Part shown: positions 13,401 to 25,454 of the stretch, piece after piece | Layout: every line of letters starts with the position of its first letter | Position numbering within the stretch: the first letter of the stretch is position 1 | Assembly (NCBI RefSeq): GCF_036321535.1 | Contig: NC_087436.1 | Coordinates: 10,664,001 to 10,728,000 of the forward strand | Length of the DNA stretch: 64,000 nucleotides | Direction of reading: 5' to 3' | Source: Camelus dromedarius | Taxonomy: Eukaryota | The notes under the pieces: generated by a model | What the model was told of the DNA's origin: nothing | The model's input: only the letters and a program-made list of their open reading frames with translations | Database searches by the model: none | Position numbers and translations under genes: made by a program

Positions 13401-14114
13401 AGAAAATCTTTTTAATAAATAAGATACCCAAAAGGAAATGTTGTTGATACTGTTTCTAAGGTTATAATGTCAGGAATGTGTGTATGTGAATTTTTTAAAA
13501 AGGAATGAAAATGGAGAAACTAATGCTTTTAATTTTGTTATATTTTCTATCATAGAGGTCCAAGGATGCAATTGATGGTAATTATGAACAAAGAAGAAAA
13601 AAATGTGCCTGTCTGCTAATTAGCAAAGACCATTGCTACAGCCGATGAGAATAATGGATAAAATTTTGTTATTTTATGAGTGATGCTTACAGTATTGATC
13701 TCGATTCTATACATGAATCTCAAACTGAAAAGAAACTGAATTTTCCTTTTATTAGAGACTTCTAATGTTTACACTTACTCATTTGTACTTACATTACATA
13801 GCAGTAATTTTTCCCCCCATTTAGAGGTGTTAAAGAGCTTTGCTCCAAATAACAAAGCTGCCATAACTCTGTAGTGTAGAGCACAGATGAGGGAAGAGAG
13901 GGCTGGGGAGAAGCACACATTTCCATCACTCTACTGAGACAGAGTGTTTACTGAGCAGATCCATCACAGTGGAGTTTCAATCAGATTAAACTTCTCAAGA
14001 GAGTTAACTTAAGTTTTACTGTGTTGATGATATGCAGTGTATCTTCAAGATCTTCTGTCAGATATTTAACACAAAGACATACAAAACTTTGAGCTATCCT
14101 TTAAGCCTTCTTTC

Positions 14115-14511
14115 AAGCATTTAGAGCTCCCTTCTGACAGAAATTTTCATCCTGCACATCCTGCCTCAACTTCTGATGATGAACAGAATGGCCAGCAATA
14201 TAGGCTACCGAAGTACACATGTTGCCTAAACGAATAAACTGATAACCTTTGATGCTCACAATGTCTTTATTTTCAACGAGGCTGACGTCTATAGCACAGA
14301 GGTACTTTTTTAGTCAGGAATGAAAAATTCCTTTCCTTCAGATATTTGCTAAAACCTCTTTAATGAGTTGTCTGTTAGAAAACTCCTGTCTTAAGCCTGC
14401 TGGAGACAGTTGATACTCAGATAATTGTCTAAGGAATAGGCTCCTGACTATTCCCTCAGGATGCTTCAAGCTTCTTCCTTGTGTTTCTAGATAATCAGAA
14501 AGCATCCATAA
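14115..14511 (-). pseudogene. Fossil DZIP3-like HEPN domain of module 2
   Basis: One frame with two stops: LWMLSDYLETQG...EGIVRSLFLRQ...LSPAGLRQEF...KEVLANI*RKGIF...AIDVSLV...IRLGNMCTSVAY. CTSVAY (14217-14200) is three single-base changes from RNSVAH. Confidence 0.45.
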
Positions 14512-16989
14512 TCACTTTATTTCCTCATGTGATTGCATTTGTTTTGTTCAAGGTGTCTACCAAAGGCTCGTAGAAGAAACGACCAACCATATGTGGAAGA
14601 TCTTTCTCATATTTTCCAAAGTTGCCGTTAAGAATACACGCCATTATGTGGTTCAGCTGTGTGAGCATCCCCAAAGCACCCTCCTAACACATGGGGGACA
14701 AGAAAGATTCTCTCCATGAACTGCTATCCTTTCTTTTAGCTGAGATTAGACAAACTTAAAGCCATATACTGGAATGCTTCAGCTTTCCCCTACATATTTT
14801 GTTTTTGTTTTGACATAAACAATCCGCAGACCAACTGTGTTCCCAACTCACGCCTTTCATCGTGTGTCAGTGGTTTTTGACTCCCAATTTGTATTTTACT
14901 TGCCGAACCCCAAATTACTTTTAGATTAGAAAATACCGAACAATGTTAAAAATATCTTATAATAGATGTTAAAAACAAAATGGTAAAAACAGATTAAAAG
15001 CAGATTCTTGGAAATTGTATTGCTGAAATAATCATGATTAATTCTAATAATAGAATTATTATGTAATTAATAATAAAATAATAAAAGTTAGTGTAAACTG
15101 GTCACAGAGGCCCCAAAAGAGTCCATGTGGACAAATCTCACTCATCTTAATAATCCTCTTGAGAAGTTACTAATAAGTATTTTTATTCTAAATTATTCTT
15201 CACTGACGTTTAGGGAAATATTAGGTTGCTTTTCATTCTTTTATGTCAACTTCCTTTAGGGGTGTGAATGCCATCTGAACTACTCTCGTTCATATATCTC
15301 ATGTATAATTTTACAAATGTTGCTTAAATAGCTATATACTCTTTTAAAATTTCAGAGCAAATATAATTCTGTCTTCCTTGGAGAATATCTAAGTTATTTC
15401 TGGCCACATTATAAATAGATGCCAATTAGTAAATTAGCAAATCAACACAGGAAATGCCTGGACCTCCACTTCACAGTTGCATCTTTCTGACCGAGTGTCT
15501 CTGTCTTTTAGGAAAGTAAGAAGAATCTTTGTAAGTGAAATAATCAAATCCATTTTCTTTATGCAAAATGTCCCTGGTTATAAAACAAACCATTTGATGT
15601 CTTTAATGAAGCAAACAATGACTCCTGAACTTTGGACTTTTTGGGAGTCAAAATTGCTCCAAAATTAATGAACATTTCCTTCACCATTTCAAGCTCTTAA
15701 GTTTATTCACTTATAAATTCACTTTTAGATAGACTAGCAGTACAGTGACAGTATAAAGTGGAAATGAATACAAACAACCCGTTTGTTTCACTCTCAAAAA
15801 TGCCAATAACGTTAAAAACAAAAAAAGAATGGGGTTAAGATAAAAATAGAAGTAGAGATAAGACACTCTTGGAAAATAAGATGAGGACATTTCAAATATT
15901 GGAAGTTTCACTGTCTCCCTCAACCATACAAACTGCTTTCTTCTCCTAAAACTCTTAATTTTCATATTTTCATTCATAGCACATTTTTCCACTTATTCAG
16001 AGTTAGAAGTATGTCATGGTATTTGATTTTTCTTACCCTTTTCCCCCCATATCAATTATTCAGGAATTGTTAGATGAGGATTTCATGGAAATGACTCTCC
16101 CACTGAACAAATGATAGGCTGCCCAGCATGGAATGAAGACCTTTCATGGTTTAAACCAATCTTACCTACATAGCTTTGCCTTCCACTACTCATTTTGTAA
16201 AATTCTCTTTGTAAGACTTTTAAAGCTGAATCTATCATCATATCCTAAGTAAACTTTCAAGCCAAGTCTGTTTTTACTGTCTCCTATCTGTGACATGAGT
16301 CCTTTACTAGGAATTCCTAGGTTTTTCCTGTATTTCACTTTTCAAATTTAATTATCCTGATTCTCTGAGTAACTGAAGCACTTCATTCATTTATTCACTC
16401 ATTCACTGTTTTTTCCTACATCTCTTTGAACATGCACACGGCATACAAAGGATAGACGTAAGCTGTTGTGGGAAGTCAGAGAGTTTTATAATGCAGTCTG
16501 CATTTTTTTTACTGAATTTAATCCATTTATTTTTTAGCTCATTGATTTTTTTTTTTCTTCCATGAGACTGTAGCAATTTGGAAGCAGTGGTCAGATTTTG
16601 CACTTTTTCTTTATTTCCCACAGTTCTTGTCACAAACTTTCATTTGATTGAATTCCTTAAATTAACAACAACAAAAAAGAAAACTTGCAAAAAACATAAT
16701 GCTGATTTCATCTCTCCTGAGTCTATACGGTAAGTCTCTACAATAACTAGCATTATAAACCAGAAGATTGAGTTATTTCTAAGCTAGAATCATTCATTAT
16801 CTAAAACACTAGAAAAGGAGCCTCTATTGAAAGATATTACCTTATGAAGTATAATCCTCTCTTAAGGGAAAAGCAATAAAGGACAGCAAAAAGATCGCTC
16901 TGATTTTTTTTTTAACATGCTCATTAAAACATCTGTTTAGATGAATTCCAGCCAGATGAAATTAGTAGGGCTCTCAGGGAAGTTCTCAT

Positions 16990-18480
16990 TCCAAAGGCAG
17001 AAGGTCCACTTTGATCATCCTTCATACCCTTAGAGAAAACTGTACTAACTCTCCATTAGGGACTAGACAGCTATTCAGCTGGGACCAAAGCCAAGCAGGA
17101 GATACGTTACTAAACCACTTAGCTTCCTCCTCTGTCCAGTCTCAGAACAGCAACGCCAATGTTGATTGAAGCTAATGACCTATTACAGAAGGTAAAGCAG
17201 CAACTAATTTATGGTCATATAATCTTAGGTTTGGACATTTTCATGTTGGATTAATTAATATTTTTTCTCTCAGTGTCTGCAAGATAGGATCTGTGTTGCT
17301 TTAACAGCCTTTCAAAACAAGGGATTTTCAAAGTTGCATCTGTAATTATTCTAGTGCTTAGAAATTCTCTCAGTATAGAAATCTACACTGTTAATAGTCT
17401 GGGTTGCCTGTACTTTCAATTTTTTTTATCATTACAAAATAAAGAATTGGTTGTTTTTTTCCTAAGATTTCTTTTTATAAATGAAGAATAACATTCAGTT
17501 ATTCACTATGTTTTCTTTTCCAAATGGAATTATTCTACTTCCCTAAAATTTTTATCACAGACACTACTACTGAGAATATTTAATCAAGATTTTTATTTCT
17601 CCCTTGTACATTCCAGATTCTTCACTAGCTGAACCGACCACAAGTGCTCAGAGTAATTAAGAAAACCATGATCAAGCCAAGAATGCATTTGTTCCTGCCT
17701 CTTAAAAATCCTTCTTATTACTCCTATTAATCTAAGTCCTAATAATATCTCCATAGTTCCCAACTTGGATTTCTTAGATGTGTAGGGTTGAGGTAATGAT
17801 AGGGGAACAGAACGTCCGTGAAATCCTGATAGAAAATGTACATTCACCACTGGTGAGACCGCACAGGTCACATTCAACACAATTTCTTTGCCATTTTTCA
17901 TGTTTAGGGTTTGATATATACTAGATACTCAACATATGTTTCCTATTCACATAAAATTGCATAGGCTCATTTAACTGCTGTTGCTACTCAATGATAAAAA
18001 ATTGGAATTTAAGAGGTAGATGCATGCATAGAGAAATCTTTAATAAAAAATAGAGAATTGACCATTTTTATTAAATACATTGTTTTAGGGGGACAATTAC
18101 TTGGTTTTCATTGAGAAAAATAATAATGTAAATGGATGGGACTTGAAAATAAATGAGATTGCTGTGTCATAGTTTAAATTTAAGGTGAAACATTTTTGTT
18201 AATCTTCTATATAATCCTTATTTTTTGTTATCAGCTATGCTAATGTTTATCATTACAAAATTCCCCTCCTTTTTTATAAGTGATTCCCCACCAATTTCAA
18301 GATCTTTTTGACTGACGTTTGCCCTCCTGATTACTACATATGCTTCTAAAATCTATTCTAATTTTTTAGTATATTCTTCACATTACCATACTCAGCATCA
18401 ATTAAGTTTGTTCAAAAATACTGGGGCAACAAAAACCCCTCTGATGAGCACTTGGAACGGCTACTGTGTCGCTGATTACA
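16990..18480 (-). pseudogene. Fossil cGAS/Mab-21-type nucleotidyltransferase domain, copy 1
   Basis: YGNV/EEYTKKLE*ILEAYVVI (18390-18329, one frameshift); IFYH*VATAVK (about 18000-17970); EIVLNVTCAVSPVVNV (ORF 17593..17901); LPSVIGH*LQSTL...AKW...LWSQLNSCLVPNGELVQF (17195-17035). Confidence 0.55.
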
Positions 18481-18899
18481 GACCTCTAGGTACATCTTTT
18501 CATACAGATGACCCCTCCTCCATCCATTTATTATGGGGAAAAATTCTTGTTTAGTGGAAATAGTCTACTTGAATACAAATTGGGGGAAAAAAGGAAAGAA
18601 AAGATGCAAACATCAAAATACATGAGATGTATTCCATTCTCTCAATCCCCTGGGTCAGTCATAGAGAAGTAACCAGAGGCAAAGGGATGATTTTGTGTCA
18701 ACATTAGAAGGCAGCTTGTGAAAGAGGGAGAAATTGCTTTGCTTTATTCTGTGTTTTAGAAACTGAAATAGCCAAATTCTCAACTTTGAGATAATCAGAA
18801 GCATTGTAGATTTGAAGGCTCAGGAAACAGTGAATTTAATGTCACTCATGAATCTCCACAGTACTTGCTGTCTGTTTGCCTTGTATCACATGATGTTAG

Positions 18900-20240
18900 A
18901 CTGATTTAGTACATCACACTCATGTGGTACCCATCTCATCATGACCAATAACCCTTGCATGTGAAATCTCAGTATTAGTAACAAGAAAAAATCAGTATGT
19001 TTCCCCAAAATAGTAAGTATTCAGTGACATTCCTGAGGCCACAAGAGGTAGCCATTATAGGTAAAATTGAATATATTTGTTCAGTGAAATGGAGGACTTT
19101 ACCAATATGTTCGCCCAGACCAAATTGGTATTACTGACAGCACTGCCCTTTTAAATCAGCTCACCAACTGATAAAGTTCTTATCACAAGTCATTAAAATA
19201 ACAGTTAAAAGATACAATGAAGCAGAGCTCATCCAACAAAGAAATGCTTTCCACTGTTCATTGAAATTGAATAAAATTTAGGTAAAAGAAACCTAGGAAA
19301 AAAATAAAATCAATTAAGTCTTACATTAGATCAAAATTCAACTCTAATTCTAAATGAAAAAAGTGGTTTTCTGCAACAGAAACTCTTCTTTATTAAGGTA
19401 AAAATAAATGAACTTACGAAATACAGCAGTGGCTTGTTTAATCACAGCAGGACAACTGAGAAAATTCTCTTAGGACTCTTCTCGGGTACATTTCCTGAAA
19501 AGGAAAATTAAAATTAAGGCTGCACTTAAAAAAAAAAAAACTTTAAGGAAACTAAGTTTGTGTAATGGAAATACCCCCAAAATCTTGTACAAATTGTGGA
19601 ACTATCTAAATTGTCTTTATAATATAATAGAGAATGTTCCAAATGTCATTTGTGCCAATATACAGATCATGTGAAAGGATTCATATCAATTTCTATAGCG
19701 TTCCAAAATGTCTGAGTATATTAAGAATGAGTCAACTGAAGTCTTATTTTCTAATTAAAAAAGTTCTAAGTGATCTTTTCTGGGATAAGACATTAAAAAA
19801 AGGTTGTTTATGCCATTTATGTGCTGATGAACAGCTAAGACACTCAGCAATAGCCCCAAAGACAGAGGGCAAACTCAAACTCGAATATCTGGCCCCAGTT
19901 TGATACCGCTGTTTCATAAAGATAGTTGGAAACTGACAGAATGTTTTAAACATAATGAGTATGAATGAAAAGATGAACCACTTGGAGGATAAACAAGAGA
20001 ACGTTATGTAAAGCTAAGCAAAGGGTTCACTTTTGGAGCCTTATAAATTCTAAGCAGCACATCAAGAAGAACTATTCACCAGCCATGGGCTTCACTGCCT
20101 CTTACATCCCCAGGAAGGAAACGGCACTAACTATTCCACCACTTATTTGTTTCAGGATCCACTCCAGTAGAAGGCAAAGATGACTACAATACTGAATTGC
20201 CTGTGTTGGCCACAAGGGCTAAGAATGCCAATTGTCCACA
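18900..20240 (-). pseudogene. Fossil ankyrin-repeat region of module 1
   Basis: GQLAFLALVANTGNSVL*SSLPSTGVDPE (20237-20152); AHGW*IVLLDVLLRIYKAPKVN; LPIMATSCGLRNVTEYLLFWG followed by NTEISHARVIGHDEM, with the two Gly codons 94 nt apart across a frameshift (ankyrin period is 99 nt). Confidence 0.6.
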
Positions 20241-20619
20241 CAGTGAGCTGGCAACAGTCTCTTAAAATATCTCCATATTCTTTCTTTTTATGTGAAGGAA
20301 GATCACAAGATGGAATTTTAACAAACTGGAGTAATAGAGGTTACTGTTGTTCATTTTTCCAGGAATGTATAGAGGAACATTGTAATTGTAGATAAAATAT
20401 GGCATTTTCGTATCAGAGTTGTATCTATGTATAGAACCACTGTGCAGGGAGAAGTGCAAGCAGAGGGTACATAATAATTATCTAAAATAAGCCTGCCTGT
20501 AGAATTAATAACCACTGCCACTGGAAACACATGGTAACCATACATGGTAAAAAAATGAAATTCAAACTATGTACAATGAACAGACTGTCAGAAAAATTAG
20601 AGAAATAACGACAAAAATG

Positions 20620-21650
20620 TCTTCATAAGAGAACACCACACTGGATAGACCTATGAGAATTTCTATCAACTTTTAAATATTTTTGATGTGATTCTAAAAA
20701 CAGGTCATTGTTATTACAGCTACTTTTGAGACAGGCTGGGACCTGGGACCTGAGACCTGTGCTGCAGTGCTTGCACCTGGACAAACATCTCAAGTAACAG
20801 GATATAAAGAAACCATAAGGCACTAAAAATAACTAGGTTCATATGCAGATAGAGCCAATTGTGAATAAGATACAAAGAGATCAAAAACCCAACTGCCACT
20901 TCTAAGGTGCCAGGAGCAAAATTAGGGTATGAGCATGAACCCTGAACACAGCACCAACACGGGGTTGGGCAGATCACCTAAGCCATCCCTCTGCCCGACC
21001 CCTGGACCCGCCCCTGCCCTCAGTCTATTTAAGGAACCAGCTCATCCCCTGATCAGGAAGTGAGCAAGAGCACCTGTTACTTGTTTTCACTCCCTTGTGC
21101 TGCAACACAAGTCCCAGTAAAGCCTTGCCTGAATTTCTCTTCTAGCCTCTTATCAATTTCTATTGATTAAGGAGTCTGAGAACCCTGATCAGTAACACTT
21201 CCACTAATTTTTTAAAATAAATTGTGCATTTTTAAATACCGTAAAATGAGTAGAATATTAGCAATCAAATATCCATCAACAGTTGTAATGACTTCTTTAC
21301 AAATTAAAGAATCATATCCTTTGGCCCAGAATAGTCCAACAAGTGACATCAGCTTTAACTGTGGCTGACTTCAGTTCTGTTTAAATTAAATTGAATAACT
21401 TGAAACATTTTTGTATTTTGAAGGACATCATTGTCACAGATTATATGATTTAAGTGGAATTTAGATATTACAATCTGAGTTCCAAATACAAAGTATGGTG
21501 AAATATCAATGGATCTATTTGCATGAGAACAAACAGAAACCCTAGCAAATTGTGCAAATGTTAGGCTGTCATTAATTGTGTGAGTGAGATTAGTATTATG
21601 CATTCTAATGTTCATCCTTTTAGGTTTTCCAGCTGGCCTTTTGAAAGCTT
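20620..21650 (-). pseudogene. Fossil DZIP3-like HEPN domain of module 1, interrupted by an LTR
   Basis: 86-aa ORF 21355..21615 continues in frame to LLMDI*LLIF (about 21276); removing the LTR rejoins KLVE/DDLFLESHQKYLKVDRNSH (20697-20653) in frame. Confidence 0.45.
20709..21197 (+). mobile_element. Solo ERV LTR inserted in the fossil gene
   Basis: Perfect TGTTA...TAACA termini, TATA-like ctatttaag about 21024, agtaaa poly-A-like signal about 21117; no clean TSD recognised. Confidence 0.8.
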
Positions 21651-24149
21651 AATAAACTAGATATTTTCTGTCTTCACATGTACCTGCCCAACATTTACTT
21701 CCTCTTGTGTAATATAGCATGAGAGACAATAAAAAGAGAAGGAAGAAAGGAAGGAAGGAGTGAAGAAGAAAGGGAAAGGGGGGGAAGGGAGAAAAGCTAT
21801 AGAAAGAGATGGATTTGGGGAAAGGAGAGATTTGAGACTAAACTGTGGTCATCATTGGTGTTCTTAGATATGTGGGCATTTGGGAGGTGGGGGTCAAAAA
21901 TATCTTTGTAAGGTGACTGAGGATAATCCTGAGACTGAACTAAGTGAACAGAGAATTGCATACATAAGTTTATCCTTGAAATAAATCATCCAGGCAGAAG
22001 TGGAGAGATGTCAAGATTTAATCAACAGATGGTACATAATGAGTAGACATGAGATTTATCTTTCAAACCACTCCCCGTGACTGTTGCAGATACTTTTGGA
22101 AAGAGGAAGAATGTAAGTTAAAGGTGAAATTATAGTTGGACTAAAAATGCAGGGCAGCACTGGTGCCTCAGCTTGAGCATAGCACATCTTGGGTGCCCTG
22201 CTGATTTCAGGCATTTTTATTTTTATATTTTTACTATAAATGTTTGATCCCAAGTAGGTGATTTGCATATTTATTATGACACAGTTCCAGTAAATGGGAT
22301 AAATTGTTCTGTTAGCAGTGCCTGTATACATCATTCCATTTGGATTTACAGAGGAGGAATGAGTTTGATAAACTAAAGATCTGATCATCAAAAAATTGTG
22401 TTGACTTTAAAACATTTATAATTATCTGTGCTTCTAAACAAGTGACTGTGATACACCCATCAGTATTTCTATCATTCTCTTTTGTTTTTGGTCTATTTGA
22501 TCTACCTACTTATTTATCTAAATAAACTACCTACTGCTGTATGTATGTATATTTGTACAATTTAAAAATGTCTTGTTAGTGTTGGTGCAATGGCTACAGT
22601 TAATACATTTTTATTGCAGTTTGCACCATCTGTTTGTTTACCACAACATAAAGATATTACTGAGTCCCCTATTTAAATATAGACAGTGCAATTATTATAA
22701 TACAAATCATTGCATAAGTACTATTAATCATTAATAATCCAAAAGTAAATATTAACTAGACTTAAATTAGACATTACTGCATAATGATCCACTCATTAAA
22801 TCACAAGAATTGCTATTTTTCTTAGTGTGAATATTTGGTCAGTACAAAAATTAAATGCTGTGTTAAAACTCATTATTTCTTTCCAATACAAGTTATATAT
22901 TATATCATATCATATTATATTATGTTATGTCTTCTTATTTTCCCTAAGTATTAGAAATATAACAAAACTTACAATAAACTTATTCGAATACAATCCACTA
23001 AGAATTATTATCAGAATTCTTATAATTAGAATTGTATTACTGAAATGTAATCTAACATAATAATAAGTTTATTTTATTATAATAAAAATCATTGAGATAA
23101 GAAAACAAGAAATGGAAAATCTTACATAAAGAAAGGAAATTATTTGGAACATCAAAGTATTTTTGAAGGATGAAGATCGAATGACCAATAAAAAAAAGGA
23201 GGGAGAACCTGAGAGCTATTAATTTTAGCAGAATGTAGTCTGAGTCATAACTGATGCACAACGATATGAAATTATCTCTCACTTCAATGTCTGCAATGGC
23301 TATTAACTTTCAAGAAAAACTAGCAGAGAAAAAAAAAATCCTGAAAAACAAAACCATCAAACCAAAAGTGTTCCCATAAAATACTAGAATGTAGTCACAT
23401 TTTTAAAAATTCATCAATGAGCTACTCTTGCTGAAAATCATCCATCTCAGAAAGAAAGTCTGACTCTACAAAAGACAGCTCAGGTTTTGGGATATTTGTC
23501 ATTAACAACATCCTGCTTCCTATCTTGCAGTCTGAGTTTCTGCAGCTATAAAAATTCTGAATCAATATTTGATTCAGCAAATGAGCAAAATCAAAGATAG
23601 GCAGTGAGTAAACATGAATGCAGTAAACTGGACAGTAATCACAGTGCTGGGGATTTACAATTAAAGTCTGATTCGGAAAAATCAATACCTATCTGTGTTA
23701 AAGAACAGACACTAAATGAAAATGAGAGACATGTTCTTGAACATACCATATATATAATTTCGATTTTGCCAAGACAAGTGTGTACAGAAAAATGATCCAA
23801 GAAAGTTTATGAGAGCTATCATGGAAACTTCCTGCACTTGGCAAAGAGCAAAACTTGATAATATTATGAAAGAATGTTTATTCAGACTACTAACACTGGC
23901 ATCAGTAATACAACACGTCATTTAGGGAATGACACACAAAATTGAATTAGATTCACTGCGGAAGTAATGAATCATTCATTTTGAAGAAAATGCTAAATGT
24001 TACTCAAATTATGTTGGATACAGCTCATAATATAAGCTTTTACAAAAAGTATAATTACTGAGAATTTGATCATTTGAAATTTGATTATTTTTATGTAAAC
24101 ATTTTTGAGAAATTTTTCTAGGAGACACAACAAGGTACAGTTTTTATAG

Positions 24150-24272
24150 ATTCTTTTTTGTTATTGTTGTTTTTTTTTTTTCTTTTATGGAGGGGAGGTA
24201 ATTATATCTAATTTTTTAATGGAGGTATGCTAAGCATGCACTCTACCACTTGAGCTATACTATCCCACCTTT
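24150..24272 (-). mobile_element. Internally deleted tRNA-derived SINE (Vic-1-like)
   Basis: Reverse complement of tatagctcaagtggtagagtgcatgcttagcat with A-rich tail. Confidence 0.75.
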
Positions 24273-24781
24273 TGTAGATTCTTAAAATTCCTAAATTTAG
24301 TGGGGGAAGCTGATGGCTAGGCAGATGTCATAGCTGCCACAAAGAACACAGAAAACATAATAGATTTCAGGGAAATTTTGATTCTAGGAGAAGGTACTCA
24401 AAAGAAAATTCTAAGGAATTCTAAAGTTTTAATTTTGCTGTCCAGTCTGTAAGCATGAACACTTAATGATTCAGCAAAAATTGCTTTGGATATCACTGAA
24501 TTTTGTCTTGTAAGGTTGAAGATCTTTACAACTTTCTTTGGCTTCAATTAAATTTTGGATGATATTGAAAATTTGTCAGTCATAAACCTGAACACATTAC
24601 AAATATGCCATGGGAAAGTTAAACTGATATCTTCATATCATTAAAAACTGAAAGCCATTATGCAATTTTTAAAGTAAATCTTTGATGACAAGGCTAGGCA
24701 ATGGTTTACGTTCCAAAATATCTGCTTTTGAATTTATTTCCTAATTCTGTGTGCTGTATTAAGTCAAATTAACATTTTAGA

Positions 24782-24970
24782 ACAGGAGTCTGCAACCTTT
24801 TATCGTGAAGTGCCAGAGAGTAAAAACTGCAGGCTTTGTGGGCCATACATAGTCTCTGCTGTGGTGCATATTGTATGTGTGTGTTTACGATCGTTTAAAA
24901 ACATTTAAACAAAACATTCTTAGCTCATGAGCCATACAGAGCAGGCCATAGTTTGCCAGTTTGTTTTAGA
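24782..24970. mobile_element. MER58-like hAT-Charlie MITE
   Basis: caggagtctgcaacc...ggctttgtgggccatac...ggccatagtttgcc. Confidence 0.7.
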
Positions 24971-24977
24971 GTTTTGC

Positions 24978-25160
24978 TAATACAGTAGCGACTAGCCAAA
25001 TGTAAATTTAAATTTAAGCAATAAAATGGAATCAAATTAAAATTCTCTAGTTCTCAATAATTCCAAGTACTCAATAGCCATGTGTGGCTGGTGGCAACTG
25101 CAATGAACACTGTAGACAGAAAGCATTTCAAGGAAGTTCTAACGGACAGTACTGTTTTAG
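24978..25160. mobile_element. MER3/MER33-like MITE
   Basis: tagcgactagccaaatg...tagccatgtgtggctggtggc inverted arrangement. Confidence 0.6.
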
Positions 25161-25454
25161 AGAAGAGAAAAATGCAAAAACTCAGTGTGTGTGTGTTTCC
25201 CTTAAAAGCATTAGCAAAAAATGAAAGTAATAATTGCTGAATCTCTTGACATTGACACTAATCTTGGCCACGTAGAAAATACCAGAATTAAAAAGATGGC
25301 TTAATTTGATCATGAATCCCATTGTTAGTCCATCCTTTATCCAAAATTAAAATCTATGTCAATATGTCAAATCAATGTCTCTTTTACATAACAGAATAAT
25401 TCATATTTAAGAGAATATTTTATGATACTAAAAAATAATAGCTTTCTCATTACT

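Larger units (their letters stand above)
12200..21650 (-). pseudogene. Decayed spliced pseudogene with apparent architecture [HEPN(DZIP3-like)-ANK-cGLR/Mab-21] x2
   Basis: Long, largely repeat-free blocks that translate on the minus strand, through many stops and frameshifts, into ordered ankyrin, Mab-21/cGAS and HEPN-like motifs. Residual splice sites: exon 19494-19418, acceptor before 19292, donor after 16841, intron 13792-13725. Boundaries approximate. Confidence 0.7.

Noticed and set aside
17030..17110. Alternative frame CLALVPAE*LSSP*WRVSTVFS resembling the Mab-21 LVP...WRLSF motif
   Set aside because: It overlaps a longer, cleaner frame that fits the C-lobe in the expected position; treated as probably coincidental but not excluded.
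12200..21650. Endogenous RNA-virus element (bornavirus or filovirus L-like) as the explanation for the long decayed coding blocks
   Set aside because: No GDNQ-type polymerase motifs recognised; residual gt-ag introns and ankyrin/Mab-21 motifs fit a cellular gene better.
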